Origin: Azolla caroliniana
Taxonomy: Eukaryota > Plantae > Polypodiophyta
Assembly: GCA_043228905.1 (NCBI GenBank)
Contig: JBHGNT010000010.1
Coordinates: 6,820,001 to 6,884,000, forward strand
Length of the DNA stretch: 64,000 nucleotides
Direction: 5' to 3'
Position numbers and translations under genes: made by a program. Of this stretch, positions 63,127 to 64,000 are shown piece after piece. The notes under the pieces are model-generated. The model did no database searches, was not told where the DNA came from, and worked only from the letters and a program-made list of their open reading frames with translations. How positions within the stretch are numbered: the first letter of the stretch is position 1; each line of letters begins with the position of its first letter.

Positions 63127-63214
63127 GTATTTGTATGTATGCAGACGACTCGAACGGTTACAACCGATCAAGTCGGCGAGGTGGATGCCGACGCCTGATC
63201 ACCCATGCACACAG
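63127..63214 (-). mobile_element. Short fragment of a Phygy-like LTR
   Basis: CGGTTACAACCGATCAAGTCGGCGA...GATGCCGA resembles 15386-15425. Confidence 0.65.
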
Positions 63215-63633
63215 TGTTATTCTCTAGCCGGACAAGGCCTAACACAAGGTGTCACGGAGACACTTCACCAAAGGGTGATTACGGCATAGGATTAAGATTC
63301 AACGATTACACCGACTTACATAGGTTACACGATTAGAATGCTTCGGTTAATTACACGCGTAAGATATAACAGTAATTACAGAACGGAAATCAAGACAGAA
63401 GTATAAACAACATAAGCTCTATTAATTATCCGCTGTCATTACAATGGGGTCCGGGCCTTTAAATAGGTTTCCGGCCCGTAGTACAAAACGGTGCCTCTCG
63501 CACCTATTCGGGATCCGTCCGGATCTGGAACGGCATACCGTTTCCAGTCCGTCCGTCCACACTATGCTCATTTACAACCATATCTAATTAATTCCTTCAC
63601 TCCGTATTTTGGACTCCTTGCCGGCCGGTAACA
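63215..63633 (-). mobile_element. LTR of the Athila/Selgy-like family
   Basis: Reverse complement TGTTACCGGCCGGCAAGGAG...GAGAATAACA is homologous to 31171-31604. Confidence 0.93.
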
Positions 63634-64000
63634 CTATACTCCCGGTGCAATTGCTCAAATTCCTCCGTTTTTTGTTTGAGCTTGCCGTTGATCTGGCGAT
63701 GGTTCCGGTCCTCCCGGTCCTTTACCTGCCGGAGTTCCTCGTTCAGGCGCTCTACTTCTGTTTCGGCGTTCCTCCGGAGCCTCTCCTTCTCTTGCAGCAT
63801 TTTCTCCTTCTCCTCCTTGAGCCGGTCGTACGCTTGGTGGCCTTTCCGTAAGCTCTCCTCGGCCCGGCGTAGATTCTCAGCAGTCTTTTTGAGTTCTGCC
63901 TCCGCTGCCGTCTTCAATTCTCTTTCGCGGCTCCTCAGCGCTTCTTGGGCAGCTAGCTCATCCATTAAATCCGCAAGCTCTTGGGCTTGTGCCGCATTTC
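63634..64000 (-). pseudogene. Second copy of the coiled-coil extra ORF (partial; continues beyond the window)
   Basis: DELAAQEALRSRERELK...KQKTEEFEQLHREY is homologous to 62650-62985. Confidence 0.9.

Noticed and set aside
62232-63227. Host SMC/myosin-like gene or env glycoprotein
   Set aside because: Continuous with the retroelement extra ORF, duplicated in a sibling element, and has no signal or transmembrane segment.

Overview
Eukaryotic, gene-free block made almost entirely of nested, mostly decayed transposable elements. It is most consistent with moss/bryophyte heterochromatin (inference from element types; not provable from the window). I resolve about 25 insertions using LTR pairs, PBS/PPT and target-site duplications (TSDs). 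(i) Several Ty1/copia elements and solo LTRs with tRNA-iMet PBS and 5-bp TSDs. (ii) A Ty3/gypsy group with TGTCG...CGACA termini, tRNA-Trp PBS and 4-bp TSDs (Phygy-like); all seven observed target sites are, or trace back to, NCGN. (iii) Tcn1/Tf1-like chromoviruses with a self-priming PBS. (iv) An Athila/Selgy-like group with tRNA-Arg PBS and a 3' extra ORF ending in a long coiled coil. (v) A hAT MITE, a DNA-transposase-like pseudogene and several tandem repeats. The most striking unexplained pattern is a tRNA-like (Pol III box A/box B) module that recurs in the U3 of LTRs from two unrelated gypsy lineages. It is always antisense to the LTR and about 150-270 bp upstream of the Pol II TATA box. 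No host gene, rRNA, functional tRNA or CRISPR array is supported. All alignments were done by eye; LTR/TSD coordinates should be right to a few bp, and internal boundaries are approximate.
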